From NCBI GenBank assembly GCA_000091205.1, contig AP006501.2: DNA of 64,000 nucleotides; one strand, written 5' to 3'. This document shows, in pieces, positions 11,301-20,596 of this stretch. Every line of letters starts with the position of its first letter. Positions within the stretch are counted from its first letter, which is position 1. The translations under genes and the position numbers were made by a program. The notes under the pieces are model-generated. The model did not search any database. It had not been told where the DNA came from and was given only the letters and a program-made list of their open reading frames with translations. The DNA is from Cyanidioschyzon merolae (Eukaryota).

Positions 11301-12994
11301 AGGGTCTCCACAGAGATGCGAACTGGGGGCGTGCTTCCTGCTATGGATCCACGTTGCTTGTCGTGATGCGCACTCGTCTGGGGATGATCGGTGCCCACGG
11401 AGGATTGCTTCATCGATGCCGGGGCCGCATGCGGCGCCATAGAGGCCAGCAGCGCTGCTCTGCGCTGGCTGGGGACTCCATTCGGATCCGCGGTGCCTCC
11501 AGAGACTCCGTCTTGGTGTTCCTCAGCTGGGCGCGATAACCGCTCCGTCGTCGGCGCTTTGTTTCCGAACGCAGCCAAATCCTCGGCAGAGCGCAGCGTC
11601 ATGCTGTCGAAATCCTCCGCAATGTCTGGTTCCTCTTCGTCGAGATCCTCGGCAGCCGGTGCATCATCGAGTTCCTCGTCCATGAGCGAATCCTCCGATG
11701 GAACTTGCACATTCACTGATTTCGGAGGCGGCACCGGTAGGTGTGGAACTGGCTCGTTCTCGTGGTGCGATGCAATCGCGCTGTGCTTCGAGGAACCTCT
11801 TCTATGTTTCTGCTGCCGCCTTGGTTGGTTGCCAGGATACGTATCGACCGAATCTGACTCGTCCGAATCGCTCGACGCTTCCATGAGTCGGGATTCAGCT
11901 CTCTTGAGCTCGCTGGTTCGCTTTACCAGCCACGGATGCCGAAGCAGCATCTCCGCTGAAGGTCTCCGTTCTGCATCCTTCTGGAAGCATTGGAGCAGAA
12001 AATCCGCCATACCCTCGCTGACGTTCGGGGGCAATGGAGGATGCTCATCACTTACGATACGAAACAGTGCAGACATGGGTGCCAGTTCATAATAAGGCGG
12101 ATACCCCGTAAACAATTCGATCACCGTACAGCCGATGCTCCAGATATCGCTAGCAGTCCCGTAGCCGCTCATTTCGATGATTTCCGGCGCCATCCAGTAC
12201 GGTGATCCCGCGATCGAGGGCGCCGCTGCAGGTCCCCCGGCAGACGCACTGCCACTGCTCCAAAGAGTCTCCGTGTCACTGCGCATGAGCTTGGTTGCGA
12301 CGCCAAAGTCGGCGAGCTTCACGAACGCGCGCTTGTTGAGCAGGATATTCGCGCCTTTAATATCGCGGTGAATGACACCCTGCTCGTGCAGGTACGTAAG
12401 ACCTTTCAGCGCCTGGGATACGTACCACGCAATCAAGGTCTCTGGAAGCGGACCGAAACGGCGAACAATACCAGCCAGAGACCCAGACTCCATGAACTCC
12501 GTAACAATCGAAATATGCCTCTCATCGTGAAGCACTGTAGAGTACTTGACGATATTGAAATGATTGAGCTTGGAGAGGAGCTCAATCTCGTTTCGCACCG
12601 CCTCGCGGTCTGCAGGCCCCATATGCTCGATTGGGATTTGTTTCACCGCCACAAAGTAACCCGTGCTGATCTCAATAGCCTTATAGACGACACCATACGC
12701 GCCACGACCGAGCTGCTCGCCCAGATAGTACAGAACCTCGCCCGTACTGGAGCAGAGGGTTTTCACTTCGGTGTTTGCGCGAGTTCGAAGAAGACTCCGC
12801 GGCACGGATGAAGGCCGACGAGCAGTCGATAACGTCTGAGCGATGTTGCTTGTTTGTTTCGCTCTTGAGGGGCTTTTCGCGCGACCAGCGTTTCGTTCGC
12901 CTGACCCAGGGCTACCACTTGTCTCCTTCTCTTGGTTGCCTGCCCTGTATTTGCGGTCGCTCAGCTTTTTCGAGAAAGAGTTACCATACTCCAT
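8375..12994 (-). CDS. Ser/Thr protein kinase of the MAP3K-epsilon / Cdc7(Sp) / Cdc15 family with a long ARM/HEAT-repeat C-terminus
   Basis: 1539-aa uninterrupted ORF. The N-terminal kinase domain is YYLGEQLGRGAYGVVYKA...HRDIKGANILL...DFGVA...GSPYWMAPEIIEMSGYGTASDIWSIGCTVIEL...PPY, near-colinear with plant MAP3Ke1 and yeast Cdc15. The C-terminal ~900 aa is helical repeat. It terminates with TAG. Confidence 0.85.
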   Translation of the reverse strand: MEYGNSFSKKLSDRKYRAGNQEKETSGSPGSGERNAGRAKSPSRAKQTSNIAQTLSTARRPSSVPRSLLRTRANTEVKTLCSSTGEVLYYLGEQLGRGAYGVVYKAIEISTGYFVAVKQIPIEHMGPADREAVRNEIELLSKLNHFNIVKYSTVLHDERHISIVTEFMESGSLAGIVRRFGPLPETLIAWYVSQALKGLTYLHEQGVIHRDIKGANILLNKRAFVKLADFGVATKLMRSDTETLWSSGSASAGGPAAAPSIAGSPYWMAPEIIEMSGYGTASDIWSIGCTVIELFTGYPPYYELAPMSALFRIVSDEHPPLPPNVSEGMADFLLQCFQKDAERRPSAEMLLRHPWLVKRTSELKRAESRLMEASSDSDESDSVDTYPGNQPRRQQKHRRGSSKHSAIASHHENEPVPHLPVPPPKSVNVQVPSEDSLMDEELDDAPAAEDLDEEEPDIAEDFDSMTLRSAEDLAAFGNKAPTTERLSRPAEEHQDGVSGGTADPNGVPSQRRAALLASMAPHAAPASMKQSSVGTDHPQTSAHHDKQRGSIAGSTPPVRISVETLEMFAEKEETYDDLGIENEDLLLEELQRWRQSLHTTRFSVSVDMPSSDETDSETDTPDLTPDSEVAGDRSRNRTSSPVSRSRLRQSRERSLSLRHSFPHVGYQSQSLSLFSSPSISSAESEGDSLNPPTASTLVQVGDVSQAARLQPTEPADADTDANAIPRQRRRSERKLRHSDSLPRDRYERLVWEEISRKISALVRADLTLGDSKQRAVEAANSILELFREVQPQRFYLVTHHLLIPLMEVLDASGIEEQVLVERILAFLNEAAATMPGVPDSTAEGRAFREHLCIAGIVPILVEFSARTYNDRVRMQSAHLLAKMLHIDVEDVGVHEGKVACAPSAQDAGSETASDRRTFAFAYNQKRLDTAAVLDESDVRFIETFIASRGLRVFVHLLEPDFSRYWEMTLIALRGVALVMQTESQRRRHDICRLLARDGFLDRLSEALEWCIEWLAHKPAPSVEQQKLDHESPTKARQTHALHEEHVEHLVSRLVELWLLFPPADSVIEKHMARRSVLQPIVHILPALRDQRDQLSVLNSLRDLSGHQESHRALQTSGAITVLVGMLEHSMLLDGRIIITLFNLCRLRGPLETRERQEEAVCAHNGKLVRYLLQLARAGGGAIAGTGPVSQTPSGTGAGSNRNHPGTACSEDAPGQSGEHPLRGFAIEILCALDCSSERIRQVLWQNGVTGFLIGELLGTVVRQQRLRASKEAEAVSLAPAAAATRPPSAANTLSERGASITAPEASPRDDDMRVSHLLTSHQKAILESLVTWMHASKTSLRQIEDVLLLLPHEPLSADAGSVSTFLQVLAELPFCNAETRSPRAPVTAAAKIADSNCEASGSQWLPLQHQSSSACHAEYILGPYREMIEASARFRDALSAYQGGIFCRRLARLALGAQKADVRRQALLTLSALMQSADPEVLAVLQQLAVAERSVLLQPEVKSILERFGYTIDTALRETSPRALQVGSASDVTASAPEA

Positions 12995-14541
12995 AGAGGC
13001 CTTTTACAAGTAAGAAATCTATCCAAGCACTCGGAACGAGCACTCTAACAGAATCACCAGAGGCCTCTCTCTTTCTCTCGGGGTTCGCGTGCGCAAGAGC
13101 AGGGATCCGGGTGTACGTTCTGCAGTTCCCGGGGACTCGTGCACGCGCACACGCCATACGCGCCAGTTCACCGACTGCGCGATGGATCGGCGGCACGCCG
13201 CGGCGCTCAAGGCATCGCACAGGCGCGACGCTGTCAGCGTGTGCGCGCCCCGACCGATGGCCTACGCGCGGACACGCGCAGCGCCTCCTGCCTTGGACAT
13301 GTCGCCCCTGTGCAGGATCGTGTGCTCCTCGGGCACATACACGCGCCCTCATTCGATCTGTATCGTAGAACGCTCTTGATCCAGTCCGCGTATGCCTAGA
13401 ATCGTGAACGCTGTACCATATGAAATACCTTCTCCTCTAATGGGTCATGATGCAGTGCACGCATTACAGTGAAGAATCTGTCGAGTGAGCTGGAGTACCC
13501 TGGTTGCGCGAACGCGACTACGAGTCAGCGGCAGGGACACGAGACCCAGTGCACCACAACGAGCATGCGCACGCGTACAGCGTCCAGGCGCAGGTATGCC
13601 ATGAACGTGCTGCGACTGGTGCTGCGACCCCCATGCTGTCGCGCCTCCAGCGTATATACGCTTCTACGGAATACACCTGTCGAGAGCCTGCTCTTTGAAT
13701 GCGCAACTTTTATGAATCATGCATACGATACGCTCTGTTTGTAGAATCATTATCTGGGAATCTGCCTTTACCAATGACCTCGTCTTGTGCCGCCGCTGTT
13801 TCCATCGAGGGAATCGCGATCGCGTGCATATCGCGACGGCGTCGATTCCGTGTTGACTTGTCAAGAGCAGCGAGGTTGGTGAGCCGGCTTTTTTTACCGA
13901 GAACAATTGCTCATTGGGGAATGGAAATCGGCGTCTTCTACGATGAGGGTGCACCACGAGAACTGTGGTTTGCTGTCGTGCAGCCATCGGCATCGATGCG
14001 GGGGCTTTGCTGGCGGCCCCGACACACCTCCAATAACCTGACTGTTCATGGGTGTTGAGGCAGCCGCCGCAGCCATTCGTGCATGCAGACGAGCATAGGT
14101 TCATCGAGAAAACTGACGCTGGGCTGCGTCACAAACAGCATGGATCCTCCGTCATGTATGCATTCGGGACGCACCCGCTGCGGGTTTAATTAGCAATAGC
14201 TCGAGTTTTGACTTTACGAGAAAGCGTCCACATCTTGGTGTCAGGACAACGAGCGTGCATCTGCGCAAGCCGATATCCCCAGACTCGTGCACGAGCGCAC
14301 CGATCGATGCACGGGTAGGAATCGGTGTCGAACCCCATGTGTCTGTGTAGATGTATGCGTGTGTTTCTCTCTCTCGCATCGAAGGCGTGCCGGGTATCCC
14401 GGATGCTGCTCAAAGCCCAAGCTCGAGTGAATGAGTCCTACCTCGTGCCCCTCATGGGATAATGCGTTGCCTTCGAGTGTTCTATGAACTCGCCGAGGAC
14501 TCGTCCTGATGTTATCGCGAGGTTCTCGGACTGGTCCGTTT

Positions 14542-15573
14542 TCAAAGGGTCTGTCTGGCAAGCGTACGGTACCGATTTGTGGCCTCCACCAAATGTTTCT
14601 GCGTTCCCGGTTCCATTGCAGAATGTCCTGCGTCCTCAACAACAACAAATGCTGCGTTCGGGAGCTGCTTCTTCAAGAGCCACGCGGTCTCGAATGGGCA
14701 AACAATATCGTAGCGGCCCTGGATGATAGTGCAGGGAATATTTTGCAGACGAGCGCACTGGCTTGGCTCCAGAAGCCAACCATCACGTTCAAAGAAACCA
14801 CCATGCATAAAATAATGGCATTCGATCCGCGCGAAGGCCTCAGCGAATTCCGGCGTCTCGAATTTGCGCGCAACGTCGGCAGCTGCGCGGAGGTGCGAGG
14901 TTCGGCCCTCCCAGATGCTCCAAGCACGCGCGGCTCGCAGTCGCTCTTCCATATTTGCGGAGGTTAGTCTCCTGTAGTACGCCTCAGTCAAAGCAAGTCG
15001 GGCCTTTTGATCCACGCCAAGCGTTTGCTCTCCTGGCGGCGCCTGAAATGCTCGCTCCTCTGGTGGAATGACCTCGACAAACTCCTGCCAGGCCTCTGGG
15101 AAAATGCGATCGGCGCCCTCGCCCTCATAGAACCAGGCGAGCTCCCGGTGTCGCAGGGTGAACACACCGCGCAGTACCAGCGCAAGGACCATCTCAGGAT
15201 GGGTCACAGCAAAGGTTAGTGCAAGGGTCGAGCCCCAAGATCCCCCGAAAACCAACATTTTCTCCCTAATGTCGAGATGCAGGCGTAGCCTCAGGATATC
15301 CTCGACCAAGTGCCACGTCGTATTCTCCCGCAACTCTGCGTGAGGCGATGATTTACCACTGCCCCTCTGATCGAACAGAATGATCCTATAGTGTTGTGGA
15401 TCGAAGAACTGACGGTTCACGGGTTCGATCCCGCCGCCAGGACCGCCGTGGAGGAATAATGCCGGCGTGCCCGTTGGATTTCCAGCCTGTTCGTAATAAA
15501 TCGTGTGCAGCGACGAAACCTGCAGAAACCCAGAGTCAAATGGCTCAATTGGCGGATAAAGGAAGGTTTTCAT
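14542..15573 (-). CDS. pip: Proline iminopeptidase (prolyl aminopeptidase, S33 alpha/beta hydrolase)
   Basis: MKTFLYPPIEPFDSGFLQVSSLHTIYYEQAGNP...LFLHGGPGGG...FDQRGSGKS...GGSWGSTLA is the canonical PIP signature. The ORF extends upstream to 15972, but homology and the ATG at 15571-15573 define the start. Confidence 0.8.
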   Translation of the reverse strand: MKTFLYPPIEPFDSGFLQVSSLHTIYYEQAGNPTGTPALFLHGGPGGGIEPVNRQFFDPQHYRIILFDQRGSGKSSPHAELRENTTWHLVEDILRLRLHLDIREKMLVFGGSWGSTLALTFAVTHPEMVLALVLRGVFTLRHRELAWFYEGEGADRIFPEAWQEFVEVIPPEERAFQAPPGEQTLGVDQKARLALTEAYYRRLTSANMEERLRAARAWSIWEGRTSHLRAAADVARKFETPEFAEAFARIECHYFMHGGFFERDGWLLEPSQCARLQNIPCTIIQGRYDIVCPFETAWLLKKQLPNAAFVVVEDAGHSAMEPGTQKHLVEATNRYRTLARQTL

Positions 15574-17352
15574 CGACAGGTGCCTTGTCCGTTTAGCTGC
15601 GTTCGCGTTGCCCCTCAAGACGCAGAAACGATTGCGTCGCGACAACCAAAGTCGTCCCTGTACAGATAGCAGGGTGCGTACGCGTGACACCTGCCGCCCA
15701 CCTCGAGTCGAAGCGAAACGAATCGCTAAGTTTGCAACCCGAAATTCACTCTGTATCGAGCGCTGTCCGGTAAACCAGCCGACTCCTGCGTTCCGGCAGT
15801 GAGCAACGAAACATGCGTGCTGCATAGAGCGCCGATCCGTGCACACAGGCGTTCTGGGCATCAGCGCGCGCTGATCTTCATCCATGCGGCGCTGTCGCCC
15901 GCCAAGTGATGGTGATACCGCATCGCTGCACGTAAGCAGGATTCCGTCGAATGCTTGATTGCTATCGATCACTAGGGAGCAGCGTAGCGTTTCGCGCTAG
16001 CCAATGCCAGGTTCCAAGAAACTCGCGCAAGACTCGTCGTTGGGATGGTGGATAGATCGATGTATCCGGGGAAACGCCGGGTTGCTACGCGGTATGTGGA
16101 CGCTGAATGCGCCGCCGCTTCGGACGCCATTCAGGGACAAAACAGCGTAAAGTCGCTTTTCGACAGGCTTCAGCTTGAGGCAGTCAGAATCTTTTCGCTT
16201 CGTCGAGCGCGTGCTCGAGTCGACGCCCACACAAGGGTATGACAAAGCCGTTCTGGCTGCGTACGGTATCCGCGACGGCGTTAGAGGCACCGCAGAAGGT
16301 GCGCGCCGGAGGCTTGGCACGCAGCGCCTCCCCGGAGCTTACCGTGATGCCTGCGAACGCGTGTGCGCGCGATCGCGTTGCTGCCGATGCCGCATGTGAT
16401 GATTCCCTTTATGCGAATACGCCGCAGCTACGGGATACACGGGACAGCGCAGCCAGGAATGAGCACGGGTTGAGAGCCAGATATTTACCGCTGGTCATCG
16501 AAGCGCTCAAGCTCTCCGATGCGCGGCACCATGGTGACCGCGTATCATGGAATGCGCGACCCGACCAGAGAAAAGAGAGCATCAGCGTCGTCCGATTTGG
16601 GTCCAACGCGATCCCCGATAATCCTGCCAGTCGGTGAGATACTCCCAAACATGCGCATTGATCCGGGGGCACTGGTCATGAAAAAAAAAAGCGAATTTCG
16701 AGACAAAATCATCCCTGACGATCACGCTTCACCATGAACGCACTTCTCTGCGCAGTTGCCAGACGTTCGCACGAACGCAGCGCACCAGTTCGAGCGCTTC
16801 ATAACAGGGGCTTGAACTCGTGGCGCCCGCCAGCGAGGCAAACTCCTCACATCAGAGCTCATTCTCGATGCTTTGCTGTACTCTACAAAGTCTGTTTTGG
16901 AACTTTGGACGCGGGTTACCCATCGGCAGCAGATGCGCTTTTGGGAGATTCCGGGGAAACGCACCAATCATAGGTCGGAAAAACGTGCCGCGCTTCGAAC
17001 TGCGACGCAATGCAGTGCGCCCCGTCACGCGGGCATCTCGTGGAACCTGGCAGCTTCGGGAAGGAGTGGTTGTTGCGTTCTGAGACGCCCACAGGCCTTG
17101 GGGCTATCAGGGTCGACTGGTGCGTTCTTTGAAATTGGACCATATAAAATAACTCTGGCAAACCCGTACAGAGAGCGCTGAGGCACTCGCGACGTTTGTT
17201 TTTCGAGGTCGCTGGGGAGGTGCGGCTGTGGCTTGCGCTTGCGCATCAACGTCTAAGAACAGTCTGTTTGCGGCACTTCGAAAGAAAACTTTGCAGCCGA
17301 TCGGCACAGAGCGTTTCACAAATCGATCCCAATCTCGGAAGCACTGAACTGG

Positions 17353-17610
17353 ATGCGCTGTCGCATTACGCGGGCCCGACTAGTTGCGGCGTGGACCTGG
17401 AACGCGAACGACGACTTGTGTGGCATATGCCGTCTTCCTTTCGACGGGACCTGTAACGCATGCAAGACGCCAGGAGACGACTGTCCTTTGGCACTGGGTG
17501 AATGCAGGCACGCTTTCCACCTGCATTGTATTCTCAAGTGGCTTTCCTCGGAGACGTCGCGGAACCATTGCCCTCTATGTCGACAGGAGTGGCAGTTTCA
17601 GCAACGGTAA
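17353..17610 (+). CDS. APC11: Anaphase-promoting complex subunit 11 (RING-H2)
   Basis: 85 aa, WTWNANDDLCGICRLPFDGTCNACKTPGDDCPLALGECRHAFHLHCILKWL...NHCPLCRQEWQFQ, colinear with APC11. Confidence 0.85.
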   Translation: MRCRITRARLVAAWTWNANDDLCGICRLPFDGTCNACKTPGDDCPLALGECRHAFHLHCILKWLSSETSRNHCPLCRQEWQFQQR

Positions 17611-18353
17611 CAGCAAGCGAGCAAGAGCAGAGTACAGCAAGAGACGCTCGCGTACGGCGGCGGGGCACAGAGCGGCACGTGACCAGAAGGGTAAAGCGAC
17701 GCACCATCGACCGCTATGTCGCAAGAAAACACATTTTGTGGAGTCGCTTTGATGAAGGCATTCAGATGACCTGGAATTCTTTCTACGAAGTGACGCCAGA
17801 GCCGATCGCCTTGCATATTGCTACGCGATTTCAGACCAGAATAGCGGACTCTCTACTCGTAGCCGACCTCTTTGCAGGCGTCGGGAGTAATGCGATCGCG
17901 ATGGCAAGACTCTTGACCAAAGACGCACCTCAGCGTTTGCCATACGTTGTTGCCGTGGACCATAACGCGGTCAAGTGCGAGATGCTACAACAGAATGCGC
18001 GTATCTATGGCGTTGCACAGCGGATCGACGTCGTTATTGGCGATGCATTCGCGTTCGTCCGGCGCTGGCGGAGAATGTTCGACGGGGGTTTTGCGAGCCC
18101 GCCCTGGGGTGGACCCGCCTATCGACGCCGTCCAGTTTATAATTTGGATGCCATGCGGCCATACTGTGCTTCAGAAATTTTTCGCTTGGGGTGGCAAGTT
18201 TCGCCGAATTTCGCAGTCTTGCTGCCGCGCAATAGCGACGTATCGCAACTGGCCGAGATTGCACGGAGGCGCCCCCTCGAGGTTGAAGAGAACTGGTTGG
18301 AAGGTCGACTGATCACGCTTACTGTTTACTCGGGTGCACTTGTTCAGCCCTGA
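17577..18353 (+). CDS. TGS1: Trimethylguanosine synthase (TGS1) methyltransferase domain protein
   Basis: RYVARKHILWSRFDEGIQMTWNSFYEVTPEPIALHIA...VADLFAGVGSNAIAMA...VVAVDHNAVKCEMLQQNARIYGV...SPPWGGPAY...LLPRN... matches the TGS1 cap-hypermethylase core. The start is uncertain. Both in-frame ATGs (17502 and 17577) lie inside the APC11 CDS in another frame. Confidence 0.65.
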   Translation: MSTGVAVSATVTASEQEQSTARDARVRRRGTERHVTRRVKRRTIDRYVARKHILWSRFDEGIQMTWNSFYEVTPEPIALHIATRFQTRIADSLLVADLFAGVGSNAIAMARLLTKDAPQRLPYVVAVDHNAVKCEMLQQNARIYGVAQRIDVVIGDAFAFVRRWRRMFDGGFASPPWGGPAYRRRPVYNLDAMRPYCASEIFRLGWQVSPNFAVLLPRNSDVSQLAEIARRRPLEVEENWLEGRLITLTVYSGALVQP

Positions 18354-19726
18354 GTTGGGTATGTATTCGATGGAAGCGAAAGTTTTCAGCATGATTGCTC
18401 ATCTGGGAAAGCGGACATGACACCCATTCGATGGAGGCGAAAGTTTCAGCGTGATGGCCCTTGCCGGAACGGTGTGTATCTGCCAGGGTCTGAACCGCCT
18501 TCCAGAACCCGGGTTACAGCGGTTACCCTGCACACGTGACGCGCGGTTCACGCTTGACCTTAGTGCTACGCAGCAGAAATGCGCTGCCGGCTGTGGGCAT
18601 ACTTGAAGGCTCCGTTCTCGGGTATGCGTGTAACCTGCCTGTCCATTGGTAATCAGTGAGTCTGGAGCCAGATCTTCTACATAAATTGAACAGACCACCT
18701 CTGTGATAATTGCGTTTTTTACGGTGATTAGTTTTGGAAGAATTTGCCACTGGCTGCCGCCTCATCATCTGTGTAGGTCGTATACTGCGTAACGCCGAAT
18801 ACTGGAGCATTACTATCGTTTCTCAATTTGTCTGGAGAATCGTTCCTGGTATATACATAAAACGCTGCAGGCTTTCTGGATTCCTGAACCAAACTATACC
18901 AAAGCTTTGCTCCAGGCGAGAATCCAATGTCCTCTCTCTTGACCACTGGTTTTCTTTTATTGAAAAGGCTAAGTATTTCAGCGCAACGCTCACTCCAGGG
19001 ACCAAATAATTCCTTCGAGCGTTCGCTGGGTGGGAAACCGCGGAACGCGCCGGAACCACGAGACACTGCAACCGTTGCTCGAGTCGTTCAAGTTTCGATG
19101 GAGCAACTGCTTGCGACGAGGTGCTCCATCACGAGAGAGGCTGAGCGAGCCATCGTGGAGTCAAAAGCTATGCTATGCCTGAGACGGCGTCCTGCGAATT
19201 ACTGTTTAGAAGATCCTCTCGGTCGATATGTTTCAGCAGGGAGGCTACGACAACGGTTTCAGACTAGTTTTTTTGGCTCCGACAATTGTGCCGCCTGGCC
19301 CTCATTTGGGAGGGTCTTTCTCTTCTTTTGTGTAGTGGTTTCTTCTTCTCCCTCTTCATGTCGCCTCATCACCATACATATCTACGATACAGTAACTGTA
19401 CATCCTTTCAGTTCTTCGACAGAATTTCTTAGAAAAAATATGGAGTTCAATGGACTGATAATGACAGAGTCAGGTAGATAGCGTTTCATAAGTTCTATTT
19501 CGGATACATGGCGCTCAGAACAAGGACAAGCCGAAGGGCGGTTCATCCGCTCGCTAAAACAGATTGACTGGCTTGTGCAAGCACGGTCGTTTTTCCATGC
19601 TAGCAGTCACTGCATAACGCCTTCCTCGACATTTCTTCAATCTACAGGGCACATGCCTTCAGTTGAATACCTCCGGGAAAAGCAAACAATACCAAAAATG
19701 GTGCGCTGGCACTCGTGCTCCATAAA

Positions 19727-20596
19727 TTACCGCTCAAGATGTAACCTGCCGATGCGGAGTTGTTGCGCAACATGATCATAGAGCACTCGAGCCTGTTCAG
19801 CGCCGATTCGCGGAATATTCCGCTGAAGCGCTGCAATGAACGCCTCCTGGTCCTTGTTCAACCATGCCTCGTCGTACCGAATCGCTGCTCCGAAGAACAT
19901 GTGCTCGCATTCGCGCATCTGCTTGCTCGCCTCAACTAGACCGAGCCCCAGGTCCTTTGCCAGTCGTTGACGAAGATGCGGCCAAAAATTCTCGTAGAGC
20001 GCTTGAGAAACCTGACGCCCAAACTCTCCCTCGGCACGTAGACGGTAGATGGTCACCCACAAGTGCAAAGAGGTCAGCTGCACCCACGCTGCCAGTGGCA
20101 CGTCGACCGGTTTGTCCCCGCTGATCTCGCCATACAAACGCCGCTGCCACGCTTCGACCTCTCGCAAAGTGTCGCGATACAGAGTTTTACCGAGGCGCAA
20201 CGCCTGTGACTCTTCGGAGTAATAGCCGAGCACGCGCAGTAGGAAGTTTGGTTCGTGTCTCTGCGCTGCGAGGCCTATTCGTTGGAACCAGGACGTCCAC
20301 CAGGATTGCGTTCGCCCTGGTTTTGTCGACAATGTCAAATCTTCGCCTTGATCAGATGTTGTGGCTGCATTGCTCTTGTTTACAGAGCCAGACGTCCAGC
20401 GTTGCTGCACTCGAAGCGCGTCAGCAGCGCCGCAGCGTGACTTGAACCCACGGACGCACCGTTCAGCGGTACGCGTCCCGGAAAACTTCGAGGTCTGCAG
20501 CTGAACTAATAGCGGCGCGCTTTCATAAATACGTCGCAACGTCCGAGCGCAACCTGCGGAGACGCTCCACGAGGAAAGTCCTACCCTGCTGGACAT
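19727..20596 (-). CDS. Ubiquinol-cytochrome c reductase assembly chaperone Cbp3/UQCC1-like
   Basis: 289-aa ORF with ...VQLTSLHLWVTIYRLRAEGEFGRQVSQALYENFWPHLRQRL...FFGAAIRYDEAW...FIAALQRN, resembling the Ubiq_cyt_C_chap domain. The N-terminus looks like a mitochondrial presequence. Confidence 0.5.
   Translation of the reverse strand: MSSRVGLSSWSVSAGCARTLRRIYESAPLLVQLQTSKFSGTRTAERCVRGFKSRCGAADALRVQQRWTSGSVNKSNAATTSDQGEDLTLSTKPGRTQSWWTSWFQRIGLAAQRHEPNFLLRVLGYYSEESQALRLGKTLYRDTLREVEAWQRRLYGEISGDKPVDVPLAAWVQLTSLHLWVTIYRLRAEGEFGRQVSQALYENFWPHLRQRLAKDLGLGLVEASKQMRECEHMFFGAAIRYDEAWLNKDQEAFIAALQRNIPRIGAEQARVLYDHVAQQLRIGRLHLER

Noticed and set aside
8375-12994. Numerous 60-230-aa ORFs antisense to, or out of frame with, the kinase, Listerin and other genes (for example 10031..10525, 11391..12092, 45942..46487, 49299..49835).
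   Set aside because: These are shadow ORFs typical of GC-rich coding DNA. They have no domain content and are fully contained within strongly supported genes.
15410-15440. The tRNA-like T-arm motif gggttcgatcccg.
   Set aside because: It lies in-frame inside the well-supported proline iminopeptidase CDS. There is no cloverleaf or anticodon-arm context, so it is a coincidence.
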